64,000 nucleotides of DNA, from assembly GCA_965223795.1 (NCBI GenBank), contig CBDCXL010000002.1, positions 2,464,001 through 2,528,000 on the forward strand, in the 5' to 3' direction. Shown piece by piece: positions 20,084 through 29,593 of this stretch (position 1 is its first letter; the number at the start of each line of letters is the position of its first letter). This DNA comes from Nitrospinales bacterium. Its GTDB lineage: Bacteria; Nitrospinota; Nitrospinia; Nitrospinales; VA-1. A model generated the notes under the pieces. That model worked only from the letters and a program-made list of their open reading frames with translations, did no database searches and was not told the DNA's origin. Position numbers and translations under genes: made by a program.

Positions 20084-22099
20084 ATGACCGGACAGAACAA
20101 TACGATGCATTGCAGGTCTTTCATTTTTCGTGTGGCCAGCGCCGTGTGCCTGGCAGCGTTCGCCAGTGTCGCGCTGATTTCCTGTCAGACTCCGCTGATG
20201 GAAGCGGATAAGGACAAAATGGCGAACGCCGCGCTTGCCGATGGCGAAAAGAAGATGGATGGCGGGAAAATGATGGCGGACAAGATGTCCGACGGTGAAA
20301 AAATGGCCGAAGGGTCCGCAGACTCCGGAAAAATGATGGCGAAAAAGGTGATGGCGGACAAGAAAATGATGAAAGGCGAGGGCGATGCCTGGGAGGACAA
20401 GAAGGACGGCGGGAAAAAAGCCGAAACGCTTGAGGATGCGTTCGCGCAGCATGAAGCGCTGTTCGCGGAAAACCGCTATCCTTCCGCGGCCACCTGCCGG
20501 ACCTGTCACCCGAAACACTATAAGGAATGGTCGGTGTCTCAGCATTCCTATGCTCAGATCAGTCCGGTCTACCTGTCTCTCAACAACAAGATCAATCAGT
20601 TGACCCAGGGCACCATGGGTGATTTCTGTCTGCGCTGTCACAGCCCGGTGGGCGCCAACCTGGGAGAATCTCCGTATCAGTCGAACCTCACCCGGCACCC
20701 GACCTCGCGCGAGGGCATCACCTGCGTGGTGTGTCACCGGCTGAACTTGGCCTACAACAAGGTCAGCGGCCGGCTGGCGCTGGAAGAGGGCGACCTGCTC
20801 ACTCCGGTGTTCGGACCGACGGGCAATAAAGAGCTTTCCCGCGTTCTCGACAACAAGGACAAATACCGGGTGGTCACCAAGAAGGAAGGCAAGGGCCGCA
20901 AGATCCACACCCAGGCCAAGCAGTTCGCCGGCATCACCACGCCGACGTTCTGCGGTTCCTGTCACGACGTGACGCTGTTCAACGGTTTCCGGCTGGAGGA
21001 GGCGTTCAGTGAATACCGGCTGTCTCCCGCGGCCAAGAAGGGCGTGACCTGTCAGGACTGCCACATGGGCAAGATCCAGGGCATCCCCTCCGGTTACGAG
21101 CACGGGCCCGCGGCGGTCGTGGGCGGCAAGAAAACCAAGCCGCGCAAGATCACCAGCCACTTTTTCGCCGGTCCCGACTACTCCGTCGTGCATCCGGGCA
21201 TTTTCCCGCACAATTCCGACGCCCAGGAAATGGCGACGCTGGAAGAGTGGATCCAGTTCGACTGGAAGGCGGGCTGGGGCACCGATGATTTCGAGGACAA
21301 CGTTTCCGAGGATCACAAATTCCCCGATCGCTGGCGTTCGGCGACGGACCGTTACGACGCCAGGGAGATCATCGAGTATCAGCTCAAGCGGCTGGAGCTC
21401 ATCAAGGAAAAACGGATGGAAGTCCTGCGCAACGGGTTTCATCTCGGCAGCATCATGACCGAGAAAGCCGATAAGGACGGCATCCGCTTCAAAGTTCAGG
21501 TGAAAAACGCCACCGACGGCCACAACGTTCCCACCGGGTTCACCGGCGAACGGCTTGTGTGGCTGCACGTGATGGTGAAAGACAGCGACGGCACCGTGAT
21601 CTTCCAGTCCGGCGACCTCGATCCCAACGGCGATCTGCGGGACCAGGAATCCTCCTACGTGCACAACGGCGAGGCCCCGCTGGATCACCAGCTGTTCAAT
21701 CTGCAATCGCGATTTGTCGTCGATAACCTCAGGGGCGGCGAGCGCGAGCGCGTCATTCCCATTCCTTACCCCCAGACCGCGATCCCGTTTGTGCGGCCTT
21801 CCATTCAGTCTCTCATCCTGAGTGGCGAGCCGACTACGGAGCGCAACCACCGGAAAGGCATCGAGCCTTTGGGGCATCGCTGGGCCGAGTACAAGATCGA
21901 CAAGGAAGCTCTCACCGGCAAGGGCCCCTACATGGCTCACATCGAGCTCAAAATGGCTATGGTTCCCGCCAACCTGGTGGAAGCGATCCAGGATGTGGGA
22001 TTTGATTTTCACATGACCCCCAGAGAAGTGGGCGACGCGGTGGCCGCAGGTCATGCGGTGCTCTGGGAAAGAGAAGTCGAGATCAGCGTGATCGAATAG
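20084..22099 (+). CDS. Pentaheme cytochrome c lipoprotein (c554-like core) with Met/Lys-rich linker
   Basis: GGAG RBS before ATG; lipobox LISC; CRTCH, CLRCH, CVVCH, CGSCH, CQDCH; GHNVPTG motif; start could be 20060 or 20105. Confidence 0.9.
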   Translation: MTGQNNTMHCRSFIFRVASAVCLAAFASVALISCQTPLMEADKDKMANAALADGEKKMDGGKMMADKMSDGEKMAEGSADSGKMMAKKVMADKKMMKGEGDAWEDKKDGGKKAETLEDAFAQHEALFAENRYPSAATCRTCHPKHYKEWSVSQHSYAQISPVYLSLNNKINQLTQGTMGDFCLRCHSPVGANLGESPYQSNLTRHPTSREGITCVVCHRLNLAYNKVSGRLALEEGDLLTPVFGPTGNKELSRVLDNKDKYRVVTKKEGKGRKIHTQAKQFAGITTPTFCGSCHDVTLFNGFRLEEAFSEYRLSPAAKKGVTCQDCHMGKIQGIPSGYEHGPAAVVGGKKTKPRKITSHFFAGPDYSVVHPGIFPHNSDAQEMATLEEWIQFDWKAGWGTDDFEDNVSEDHKFPDRWRSATDRYDAREIIEYQLKRLELIKEKRMEVLRNGFHLGSIMTEKADKDGIRFKVQVKNATDGHNVPTGFTGERLVWLHVMVKDSDGTVIFQSGDLDPNGDLRDQESSYVHNGEAPLDHQLFNLQSRFVVDNLRGGERERVIPIPYPQTAIPFVRPSIQSLILSGEPTTERNHRKGIEPLGHRWAEYKIDKEALTGKGPYMAHIELKMAMVPANLVEAIQDVGFDFHMTPREVGDAVAAGHAVLWEREVEISVIE

Positions 22100-22162
22100 A
22101 TTCCTTTAAGCAAATCAAGGGTCTATCACTCACAAACGTCAACGTACTGGGGGACGCAACGC

Positions 22163-23596
22163 ATGAGGTACGCCAAGCTGGAACGGGAATTTCTCTCAAA
22201 AACGGTTGCGGCGGCGATCCTGTGGCTCATGATCGCCGCTCCGCAGGCGGCCCAGGCGGATAGCTGGTTCTCCGCGATCGGTGAAAAATCCGAGGTCAGC
22301 CGGCTTTCGGACGAGCAGATTCCGTTCGCCGGCGTGGAAGGCCTGCCGCCGCGGCCGGGACTGATCTGGGAGTTCGGCGACAATTTCCTCGACTCGGGGA
22401 ACCTGTACTCCGGCTTCGAGCTGCCCACCGGAGCGGTGTGGCAGCCGCGCCTCTGGCTGTTCGCCACGCTGCGCAGCGCGGTGCAGACCTTTGACGACGG
22501 CGTCAACGACCGCAGCTCGGAATGGGTCAACCGGCTGGATCTGTTCGCCAATCTGCAGCTCACCGGCACGGAAAAGCTGGTGTTCGGCATCCGTCCGTTC
22601 GACCGCAACCGTCCCGACCGGTTCTCCGGCTACCAGTTCGAACCCGACAACGACGACGGTTTTCAGGAAGATCTCAACGCGGACATCCGCACCTTCTTTT
22701 TCGAGGGCGATCTGGGAAGCCTGTTTCCCAATCTGGACCGGCACGGGTTCACGGCGCTCGACTACGGCTTTTCGGTGGGGCGCCAGCCGCTGCTGTTTCA
22801 GGAAGGCATCCTGATCAACGACACGGTGGACGCGCTCGGGCTGGTGCGCAACAACATCCGCCTGCCGGGGGTGTCCAACCTCCGGGTGTCGTTCGTCTGG
22901 GGCTGGAACGAGTTGGGGCGCAGCGACGCGGTTCTGAGGGACACCACGCAGATGTTCGGGCTGTTCAACTCGGCGGACCTGAACGTCAGCACCGTCAACC
23001 TCGACATGGCCTATGTGCGCGACACCAACCCCAACGGGCAGGACAGCTTCAACATCGGCCTCTCCTCGACCCAGCGCATCGGCCATTTGAACACCACATT
23101 CCGCGTCAACAGCTCGATCGCCGAGGACGGCGACACGCTGGCCGCTGCGGACGGGACGCTTATATCCGCGGAACTCTCCTGGACTCCCGAATCGTCCGAC
23201 GACATCGTGTACCTGAACACATTTTATACCATTGAGAACTACACCCAGGTGGGAAGGGAACCGGTCGTCGGTGGACCGCTGGGAACGCTGGGCATTCTGT
23301 TCGCCTCGCCCAGCATCGGCAACTTCCTCGCCGAACTCAATCCCTTTGCCAATGAAGTTGCCGGCGGCGCGCTCGGCTACCAGGCTTTCTGGGACAACCA
23401 CAAGCGCAACCTGATTCTGGAAATCGCCGGACGCCAGGACACGAGCGGTGACAACAACTCTGATTTCGCTGTCGGTTTTCAGGTGCAGCAGCAGATCCAT
23501 CAGCGCATTCAGCTGCAGCTCGACGGCCACTACGCCATTCAGGAAGGCCGCGACAACGGCTACGGCGGACGCACGGAAATCCTGATCCAGTTCTGA
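22163..23596 (+). CDS. Outer-membrane beta-barrel (porin-like) protein
   Basis: Signal peptide (AAQA), alternating amphipathic strands, C-terminal Phe (EILIQF). Confidence 0.8.
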   Translation: MRYAKLEREFLSKTVAAAILWLMIAAPQAAQADSWFSAIGEKSEVSRLSDEQIPFAGVEGLPPRPGLIWEFGDNFLDSGNLYSGFELPTGAVWQPRLWLFATLRSAVQTFDDGVNDRSSEWVNRLDLFANLQLTGTEKLVFGIRPFDRNRPDRFSGYQFEPDNDDGFQEDLNADIRTFFFEGDLGSLFPNLDRHGFTALDYGFSVGRQPLLFQEGILINDTVDALGLVRNNIRLPGVSNLRVSFVWGWNELGRSDAVLRDTTQMFGLFNSADLNVSTVNLDMAYVRDTNPNGQDSFNIGLSSTQRIGHLNTTFRVNSSIAEDGDTLAAADGTLISAELSWTPESSDDIVYLNTFYTIENYTQVGREPVVGGPLGTLGILFASPSIGNFLAELNPFANEVAGGALGYQAFWDNHKRNLILEIAGRQDTSGDNNSDFAVGFQVQQQIHQRIQLQLDGHYAIQEGRDNGYGGRTEILIQF

Positions 23597-23776
23597 TCAA
23601 CCCGCCCAGGGACGGGCGCGGCGCAGGAACCCTTTCCTCGAAATCCAATCCAAAAAAATTTAGCGGCGAACCGAAGTGGGCAGGACGCTGCCATCCTGCG
23701 GTTCGGCTTTCACCGCATGCGTGTTGAACGCTTATCTGTCGGCCTGTGCTGGCGGTTGCGAGGTTGTGGGATTTTC

Positions 23777-23806
23777 TGGCCCCCCGGAAAACCGGGGGCC
23801 AAAAAA
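23777..23806 (-). terminator. Rho-independent terminator
   Basis: GGCCCCCGG-TTTT-CCGGGGGGCC hairpin between convergent genes with A/T tracts on both sides; orientation uncertain. Confidence 0.55.
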
Positions 23807-23905
23807 TAGATCCCATTCTGATGCGATGCGTTGATGCTTGCTGAATGTGAGGCAATGCCGCGAGGGTTTGTGGGCTCGCACTGCATGTTGAGTGTCGACG
23901 TTACA

Positions 23906-24151
23906 TCAACCCTCAACAAAAATCCGGGAACGGTCCGACAACTTGAAACCCAACGCCAAAAGAATTTTTCGTTTGGTGTCCAAGCGGCAGTCGTATCCCT
24001 TTTCAATCCGATCGATCGTCTGAACGGTGACTCCGGCTTTGCGCGCAAGCTCAGCTTTGCTCATCATCCTTGCTTCGCGTGTCTGCCGGACCTTGTTTTC
24101 CTTCTTGTCGTCCGAATCGACCCCTACTGCATTTTTAGAAAGCGTAGCCAT
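23906..24151 (-). CDS. XRE-family HTH protein (paralog 1 of 3)
   Basis: MMSKAELARKAGVTVQTIDRIEKG..CRLDTKRKILLALG. Confidence 0.85.
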   Translation of the reverse strand: MATLSKNAVGVDSDDKKENKVRQTREARMMSKAELARKAGVTVQTIDRIEKGYDCRLDTKRKILLALGFKLSDRSRIFVEG

Positions 24152-24547
24152 AGTTTAAAACTCCAGTATCAATCCCTCCGGAATCCCCTGAGTTTTGATG
24201 GTTTTTGTTAATATTATTGAAAAAATTACTATTAAATATCAACACCCTTTTTGGGGTAATTTTGACATCGGAAACGCGATTTATTTTTCGATTCCGAGGT
24301 GCGAAACCCGCGGTTATTCAACCTGAAACGCAGGGGAATGACAGGTTCGCGCCGCCGGTGCGGGCAAAGTCCGCGAGCGCTGCGGAGCCCGCTGTCCGGG
24401 CGGGCTTGAGGAATGACCTTAAAAGTACCACCTGTTATAAATTTGGATACATCCTGGCTGGAAGGGGGCGGGGCGGCCGCCGCGCGGGCTGTTTGAAAGG
24501 TGTTGAATATTTACCCTTTATTGAAAATCCCCGGCGGGGCTCCGGTT

Positions 24548-24563
24548 TGGCACTCATTCTGCT
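24548..24563 (+). promoter_or_regulatory. Candidate sigma54 promoter TGGCACTCATTCTGCT
   Basis: TGGCAC with GG-N10-GC, upstream of the LuxR gene. Confidence 0.5.
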
Positions 24564-24815
24564 TATAACAGAGGGTATTCCAGCAGTTTTTTCTAAGGAC
24601 ATTTCATCGTGTGCGCATTGCAAGCGGCGTGGGTGGTCCACGGCAGAAAAAAAGCCTGAAAAACCGGCTTTTTTGGCTTCGGACCGGATCGGGAAAGTTC
24701 TATTTTGCCGCATCTACCCCATTCCGGCGAGTTCGGAAATCCGGTTTCGCAAAAGCGGCTGCTTTGAAAAACTGCTTTTTATCGCTGATTCGATAGGGGA
24801 AAGAAGGCCAACATC

Positions 24816-25931
24816 ATGGGAAAAATTCAACTGCGTCCATCTCTTTCCGAGAAAGACACCGAGATTCTTGAGTCCATCGTCTCTCGACTGCAAGTCGCAG
24901 AGACGCGCGTTGCGCTCAAGGAAGTGGTGGCTTCACACATTCTGCCGCTCTTGAAAGCCGACTCGGCGCTGTACGCGTGGACCGATTCGAACCTCCTGCA
25001 ACCGCAACTCATCGACTGCATTCACATTCCGGAAAAAGAGATTCCGGCGATCAAAAAATTCGTCTGCCAGGACCCGATGGCGGGTTACCTGTTGACGCAC
25101 GAGTCGCCGGTGGTGGCGCGGGATGTCGGGTTGAACAACGGCAGCAAGCCCGCGACGGATCTGTTTTCGAAAGGAAAGTCCCGCATCAAAAAGGGATACA
25201 GTTATTTCAGCCTGAGCCGCTCCGAAGTCATCACGCTGGCGCTGCGCGATCTCAACCTGGGCGCGGGTTTCCACCGCAAGCTGTCGGCGGGAAAACCCTG
25301 GACGGTGCGCGATGTGCGTCTGATGGAGCTGATCCGCCCGCACCTTTTGATGTGCATCAAGTCGATCGTGCTGAAGGAAGAGCTGGCCAAGCACCAGTCC
25401 ATCGTCGAGATCCTGGCGGATTCGCCGACAGCGATCGCGCTTGTGGATGAGGACATGCAGATCACTTACAGCAACCGCACCTGGAACGAATCGCTGGTCT
25501 ACGAATCCGGGCAGAAACTGCCACAGGATCTGACGGTGCTGCTGTTGAAAGAAAGGTACAAAACCGATTCCATGCTGGACCTCGAACCGGCGGGCGAGGA
25601 GGCGGCGAATTTCCGTTTCGGGGACCAGGATTATCAATTGAGTTTCACGCCGGTCCGGCATCACGCCACCGGCGTCAACGGGACCTGGCTTTTGCAGCTC
25701 AAACCGGCGATCGAGCCCGATTCCAAGCTCGACGACCTGATGCGCAAGGCGGGTCTGACGCGCCGGGAGCGGGAAGCCTGCGGCCTGATCCGTCAGGGAA
25801 TCGAGCTGGACGAAATCGCGAAACAGCTTTTTATCAGCCCGCACACGGTGCGGACGCATCTGAAGCGGATCCATCAGAAACTGGGTGTCCACACGCGGGC
25901 CCAGCTCATGGCCGCACTGAACCCGCGCTGA
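24816..25931 (+). CDS. LuxR-type HTH regulator with GAF/PAS-like sensor region
   Basis: C-terminal LTRRERE...EIAKQLFISPHTVRTHLKRIHQKLGV..RAQL. Confidence 0.88.
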   Translation: MGKIQLRPSLSEKDTEILESIVSRLQVAETRVALKEVVASHILPLLKADSALYAWTDSNLLQPQLIDCIHIPEKEIPAIKKFVCQDPMAGYLLTHESPVVARDVGLNNGSKPATDLFSKGKSRIKKGYSYFSLSRSEVITLALRDLNLGAGFHRKLSAGKPWTVRDVRLMELIRPHLLMCIKSIVLKEELAKHQSIVEILADSPTAIALVDEDMQITYSNRTWNESLVYESGQKLPQDLTVLLLKERYKTDSMLDLEPAGEEAANFRFGDQDYQLSFTPVRHHATGVNGTWLLQLKPAIEPDSKLDDLMRKAGLTRREREACGLIRQGIELDEIAKQLFISPHTVRTHLKRIHQKLGVHTRAQLMAALNPR

Positions 25932-25993
25932 GCGGAACCCGTTAAGGTAGAGCCTTAAAGAACCTCTGTTTGTCAGAAAGTGAGTGAATCAAG

Positions 25994-28858
25994 ATGTTTA
26001 CCCCGATATTGAGCCGCAAGTTGAGCCTGAGCATTCTGGAGAAAACCTTCGGACCCGATCATCCCAAGGTGGCCGAGTCGCTCAGCAACCTGGTCAAGTC
26101 CTACAAACACAAGGCGGATTACGACAAACTGGAGCCCTTGCTGCAGCGCGCTGTGGAAATGGCGGAAAAGAGCCAGGGACCCGACCATCCGGAGGTGGCG
26201 GTCGCGCTCAACGAGCTGGCGGAACTGTATCGCAATAAGGGGGATTTCAACAAGGCGGAGCCGCTTCTGCAGCGTTCGCTGAAAATCCAGGAGAAAACCC
26301 TGGGCCCGGATCATCCCGATGTGGCCACGACGCTCAACAATCTGGCGATCCTGTTCGAGGACATGGGCTTTTACTCCAAAGCCTATCCTCTGCTTTTGCA
26401 GTCGCTCAAGATCCGCGAAAAGTCCCTGCGTCCGGATCATCCGGCGGTGGCCGAATCGCTCAACAATCTGGCGGAACTGTATTATTACGACATGGGGGAC
26501 TACGCCAAGGCGGAACCCCTGCTTTTGCGTTCCCTGAAACTGAGGGAAATGGCGCTGGGGCCGGACCATCCCGACGTCGCCTCGACCCTGACCAACCTCG
26601 CGGTGCTGTACAAGGCCATGCAGCAGTACGACAAGGCCGAACCGCTGGTGGTGCAGGCGCTCGGGATCATCGAAAAGCAGTCCAACGATCTGGAAGTGGC
26701 GGAGGCGCTGAATTTTCTCGGCGATCTTTTGGTCGAGAAGGAGGAGTACTCGAAAGCCGAACCGCATTTTCAGCGGGCGATCAAGATCAAGGAAAAAGTC
26801 CTCGGCCCCAACCATGTGGAGGTGGCCGCGCTTCTGACCCAGCTTGCGGAAGTGTTCCGGCTCATGGGCACGTTCAAGAAGATGGAGCCCCTGCTCAAGC
26901 GGGCCCAGAAACTGTACGAGGACGCCCAGGGGATGGAGCACCCGGATGTGGCCATCGTGCTCAACCAGCTGGGCGACTATTACAAGAACCAGCAGGAATT
27001 CGGACAGGCCGAGCCGCTGTACTTGAGGGCTCTTAAAATCCGGGAAAAATCGCTCACTCCCGACCATCCGGACGTGGCCACGACGGTCAACGGCCTGGCC
27101 GGGCTGTACGACGCCCAGGGCAATCACGGCAAAGCGGAGAAACTCTACCTGCGCGGGCTGGATATCCGGGAAAAGGCGATGGGTCCGCACCATCCGGACG
27201 TGGCCCAGTCTCTGAGCAGCCTCGCCGCCCTGTACCAGGCGACGGGCGAATCCAAGAAGGCGGAGCCGATGCTGCGCCGCTCGCTCAACATCCTGGAAAA
27301 ATCCCTCGGGCCGGACCATCCGTTCGTGGTCGAATCGCTCAACAACCTGGCGGAACTGCACAAAAAACTCGGCGATCTCGACAAAGTGGAGCCGCTGCTG
27401 CAGCGTTCCCTGAAAATCCAGGAGAAGAATCTGGGCGAAAACCACGCCGACGTCGCGCAGGCGCTGCACAACCTGGCGGAACTGTATGAAGAGAAGGGCG
27501 ATTTCGCCAAGGCGGAGCCGCTGTACACGCGCTGCCTCAGCGTCACCGAGAAGAACCAGGGCGCGGAACACACCGACGTGGCGTTTGCGATCGACCACCT
27601 CGCCGGACTGTACACCGCGATGGGCGATTATGCGAAGGTGGAGCCGCTGTACCAGCGGGCGCTGAGCATCCGCGAAAAAGGGCTGGGGCCGGACCATCCG
27701 CAGGTCGCCGAATCGCTGTCCAATCTGGCGGAGCTGTTCCGCAACAAGGGCGATTTCTCAAACGCGGAGCCGCTGCTTCTGCGTTCTTTGAAGATCCGTG
27801 AAAAAAGCCTGCATTCAGACCATCCCGAAGTGGCGGTCACGCTGCACGCACTGGCGTCGCTGTACCGCAGCAAGGGCGAGCTGACGATGGGCGAGCCGCT
27901 GTTCCTGCGGGCGCTCAAGATCCGCGAGCAGTCTCTGGGCCCGGACCACTCGGACGTGGCGGACACCCTGAGCGGGCTGGCGGAACTGTACCGGCTGGGC
28001 CGCGAGTACGACAAGGCGCAGCCGCTGTTCCTGCGGGCGCTGGCGATCCATGAAAAGACGCTCGGCCCGGATCACCCGGAAGTGGTGCGCGCGCTGAACA
28101 ATCTTGTGGAGCTGTACCAGTCGAAGGGGGACGTCGCGAAAACCGAACCGCTGCTCGTCCGCCTTCTGCAGATCGCCGAGCAGACGCACGGATCGGACCA
28201 CATGGACGTGGCCGACGCGCTGTACAACATGGCGCAGCATTACGGCGAAATCCAGGATTACAACAAGGCATACCCGCTGCTGCGGCGGGCGCTCAAGATC
28301 AAGGAGACGGCGCTCGGGGTGAATCACCTGGAAGTGGCGGCGGTCGTCAGCCTTCTGGGTGTGATGTACCGGGGCATGAAGGATTACAAAAAGGCGGAAC
28401 CGTTGTACATCCGGGCGCAGAAAATCATCGAAAAGAACAAGGGCACGGATCATCCCGATCTGGTGGACCTGCTCAACGGCCTGGGCGAGCTGTACTACGA
28501 GATGGGCGACTACCCGAAGTCCGAACCGCTTTATCAGCGGGCGCTGGCGATCAAGGAAAACCACCTGCGCGTTTTCGAATCGAAGAACCCATCCAACGAA
28601 AAAGCTCCGGCCGTGGAGCCGCAAAAGACCATTCAGATCGATTTTTCCGCCACAAAGGAACAGCTTTTGTCCATCCTGCCGGCGCTGGCGGAGCTTGCGG
28701 AAAAATCCGACGGCAAGACGATCAGCTTCAAAGTGGGCGCCCGGTCCGAAAACGGGTTCGACCCTTCCTGGTTGTCCTCGGACATTCAGGAACCCCTCCT
28801 GACCGCGAAGATCGAGTACGAACTGAAAAACCAGAACGGCGGCAAAGGCAAGAAGTGA
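25994..28858 (+). CDS. Large TPR protein (about 20 kinesin-light-chain-type 42-aa repeats) with a non-repeat C-terminal domain
   Basis: Repeated LGPDHPDVA..LNNLA.LY...G.Y.KAEPL..RAL.I.EK. Confidence 0.9.
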   Translation: MFTPILSRKLSLSILEKTFGPDHPKVAESLSNLVKSYKHKADYDKLEPLLQRAVEMAEKSQGPDHPEVAVALNELAELYRNKGDFNKAEPLLQRSLKIQEKTLGPDHPDVATTLNNLAILFEDMGFYSKAYPLLLQSLKIREKSLRPDHPAVAESLNNLAELYYYDMGDYAKAEPLLLRSLKLREMALGPDHPDVASTLTNLAVLYKAMQQYDKAEPLVVQALGIIEKQSNDLEVAEALNFLGDLLVEKEEYSKAEPHFQRAIKIKEKVLGPNHVEVAALLTQLAEVFRLMGTFKKMEPLLKRAQKLYEDAQGMEHPDVAIVLNQLGDYYKNQQEFGQAEPLYLRALKIREKSLTPDHPDVATTVNGLAGLYDAQGNHGKAEKLYLRGLDIREKAMGPHHPDVAQSLSSLAALYQATGESKKAEPMLRRSLNILEKSLGPDHPFVVESLNNLAELHKKLGDLDKVEPLLQRSLKIQEKNLGENHADVAQALHNLAELYEEKGDFAKAEPLYTRCLSVTEKNQGAEHTDVAFAIDHLAGLYTAMGDYAKVEPLYQRALSIREKGLGPDHPQVAESLSNLAELFRNKGDFSNAEPLLLRSLKIREKSLHSDHPEVAVTLHALASLYRSKGELTMGEPLFLRALKIREQSLGPDHSDVADTLSGLAELYRLGREYDKAQPLFLRALAIHEKTLGPDHPEVVRALNNLVELYQSKGDVAKTEPLLVRLLQIAEQTHGSDHMDVADALYNMAQHYGEIQDYNKAYPLLRRALKIKETALGVNHLEVAAVVSLLGVMYRGMKDYKKAEPLYIRAQKIIEKNKGTDHPDLVDLLNGLGELYYEMGDYPKSEPLYQRALAIKENHLRVFESKNPSNEKAPAVEPQKTIQIDFSATKEQLLSILPALAELAEKSDGKTISFKVGARSENGFDPSWLSSDIQEPLLTAKIEYELKNQNGGKGKK

Positions 28859-28910
28859 TCCCGGGCTGGCGTTCGATTTCATTTCACCCATTCCCAATGC
28901 GAGGTGTTCT

Positions 28911-29522
28911 ATGATGAAGCGCGCGAATCGAAAGCGGTTGTTCCCTGTTGTGCTGGCGTTCGGTATTTTTATGACGGCGCCTCAACTGAGTCCGGCCACG
29001 GCGGAAGCGCAGTGGAGCCGGGCGGGCAAGGCCGATGTGTTCGCGTTTTTCCGCCACTCCGGCGGCGACGACGTGCGGGCGCCGGTGGTCGGAACCCTGG
29101 AAGTTTCCGACTTCAATGTGTTCGGCGCGGGCGCGGGGTACAACATCAATTCGCATTTCAACGTCAACGCCAATCTGCATTATGGAGGCGCGGACTTGAA
29201 AGGGAGGGTGATCAGCAGCACCATCACCGCCGATTCCGATGTAGTCGGCGGGGATTTCAATGTGGATTTCAATGCGCTCAAAACCCGGTTCACGCCCATG
29301 TTCTCCGGCGGTATCGGGTTTCTCAACTTTCATGGCGACGTGAACGGCGTCGATTTCAACGAGACGAACTTTTCCTACAATCTGGGCGGCGGGCTGCGCT
29401 GGGATTTCACGGACAAACTGATGCTGAAAGCGCTGTACCGGCTGACCTGGACGGAGCTGGAAGACACGCGCGAAACACTTCTTCTCGACGCCGTCGAGGT
29501 GAAGGTCGGGCTCATGTTTTGA
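28911..29522 (+). CDS. Small outer-membrane beta-barrel protein (OmpA/OmpW-like, 8-strand)
   Basis: Signal peptide, FGAGAGY, YNLGGGLRW, C-terminal Phe. Confidence 0.8.
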   Translation: MMKRANRKRLFPVVLAFGIFMTAPQLSPATAEAQWSRAGKADVFAFFRHSGGDDVRAPVVGTLEVSDFNVFGAGAGYNINSHFNVNANLHYGGADLKGRVISSTITADSDVVGGDFNVDFNALKTRFTPMFSGGIGFLNFHGDVNGVDFNETNFSYNLGGGLRWDFTDKLMLKALYRLTWTELEDTRETLLLDAVEVKVGLMF

Positions 29523-29593
29523 CCGGAATATTTTTTATACATCTTGCATGCTCCGCTGATCTGGGAAGCATGTTCAAGGAGTGAACGTAAACA

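Noticed and set aside
20084..22099. Assignment as NrfA, HAO or MtrA
   Set aside because: Five plain CxxCH with no CxxCK, not eight or ten hemes, and no recognisable family motifs
25994..28560. 126-bp periodic DNA repeats as a diversity-generating or mobile array
   Set aside because: Explained by 42-aa TPR coding repeats with synonymous divergence; no reverse transcriptase or recombinase nearby
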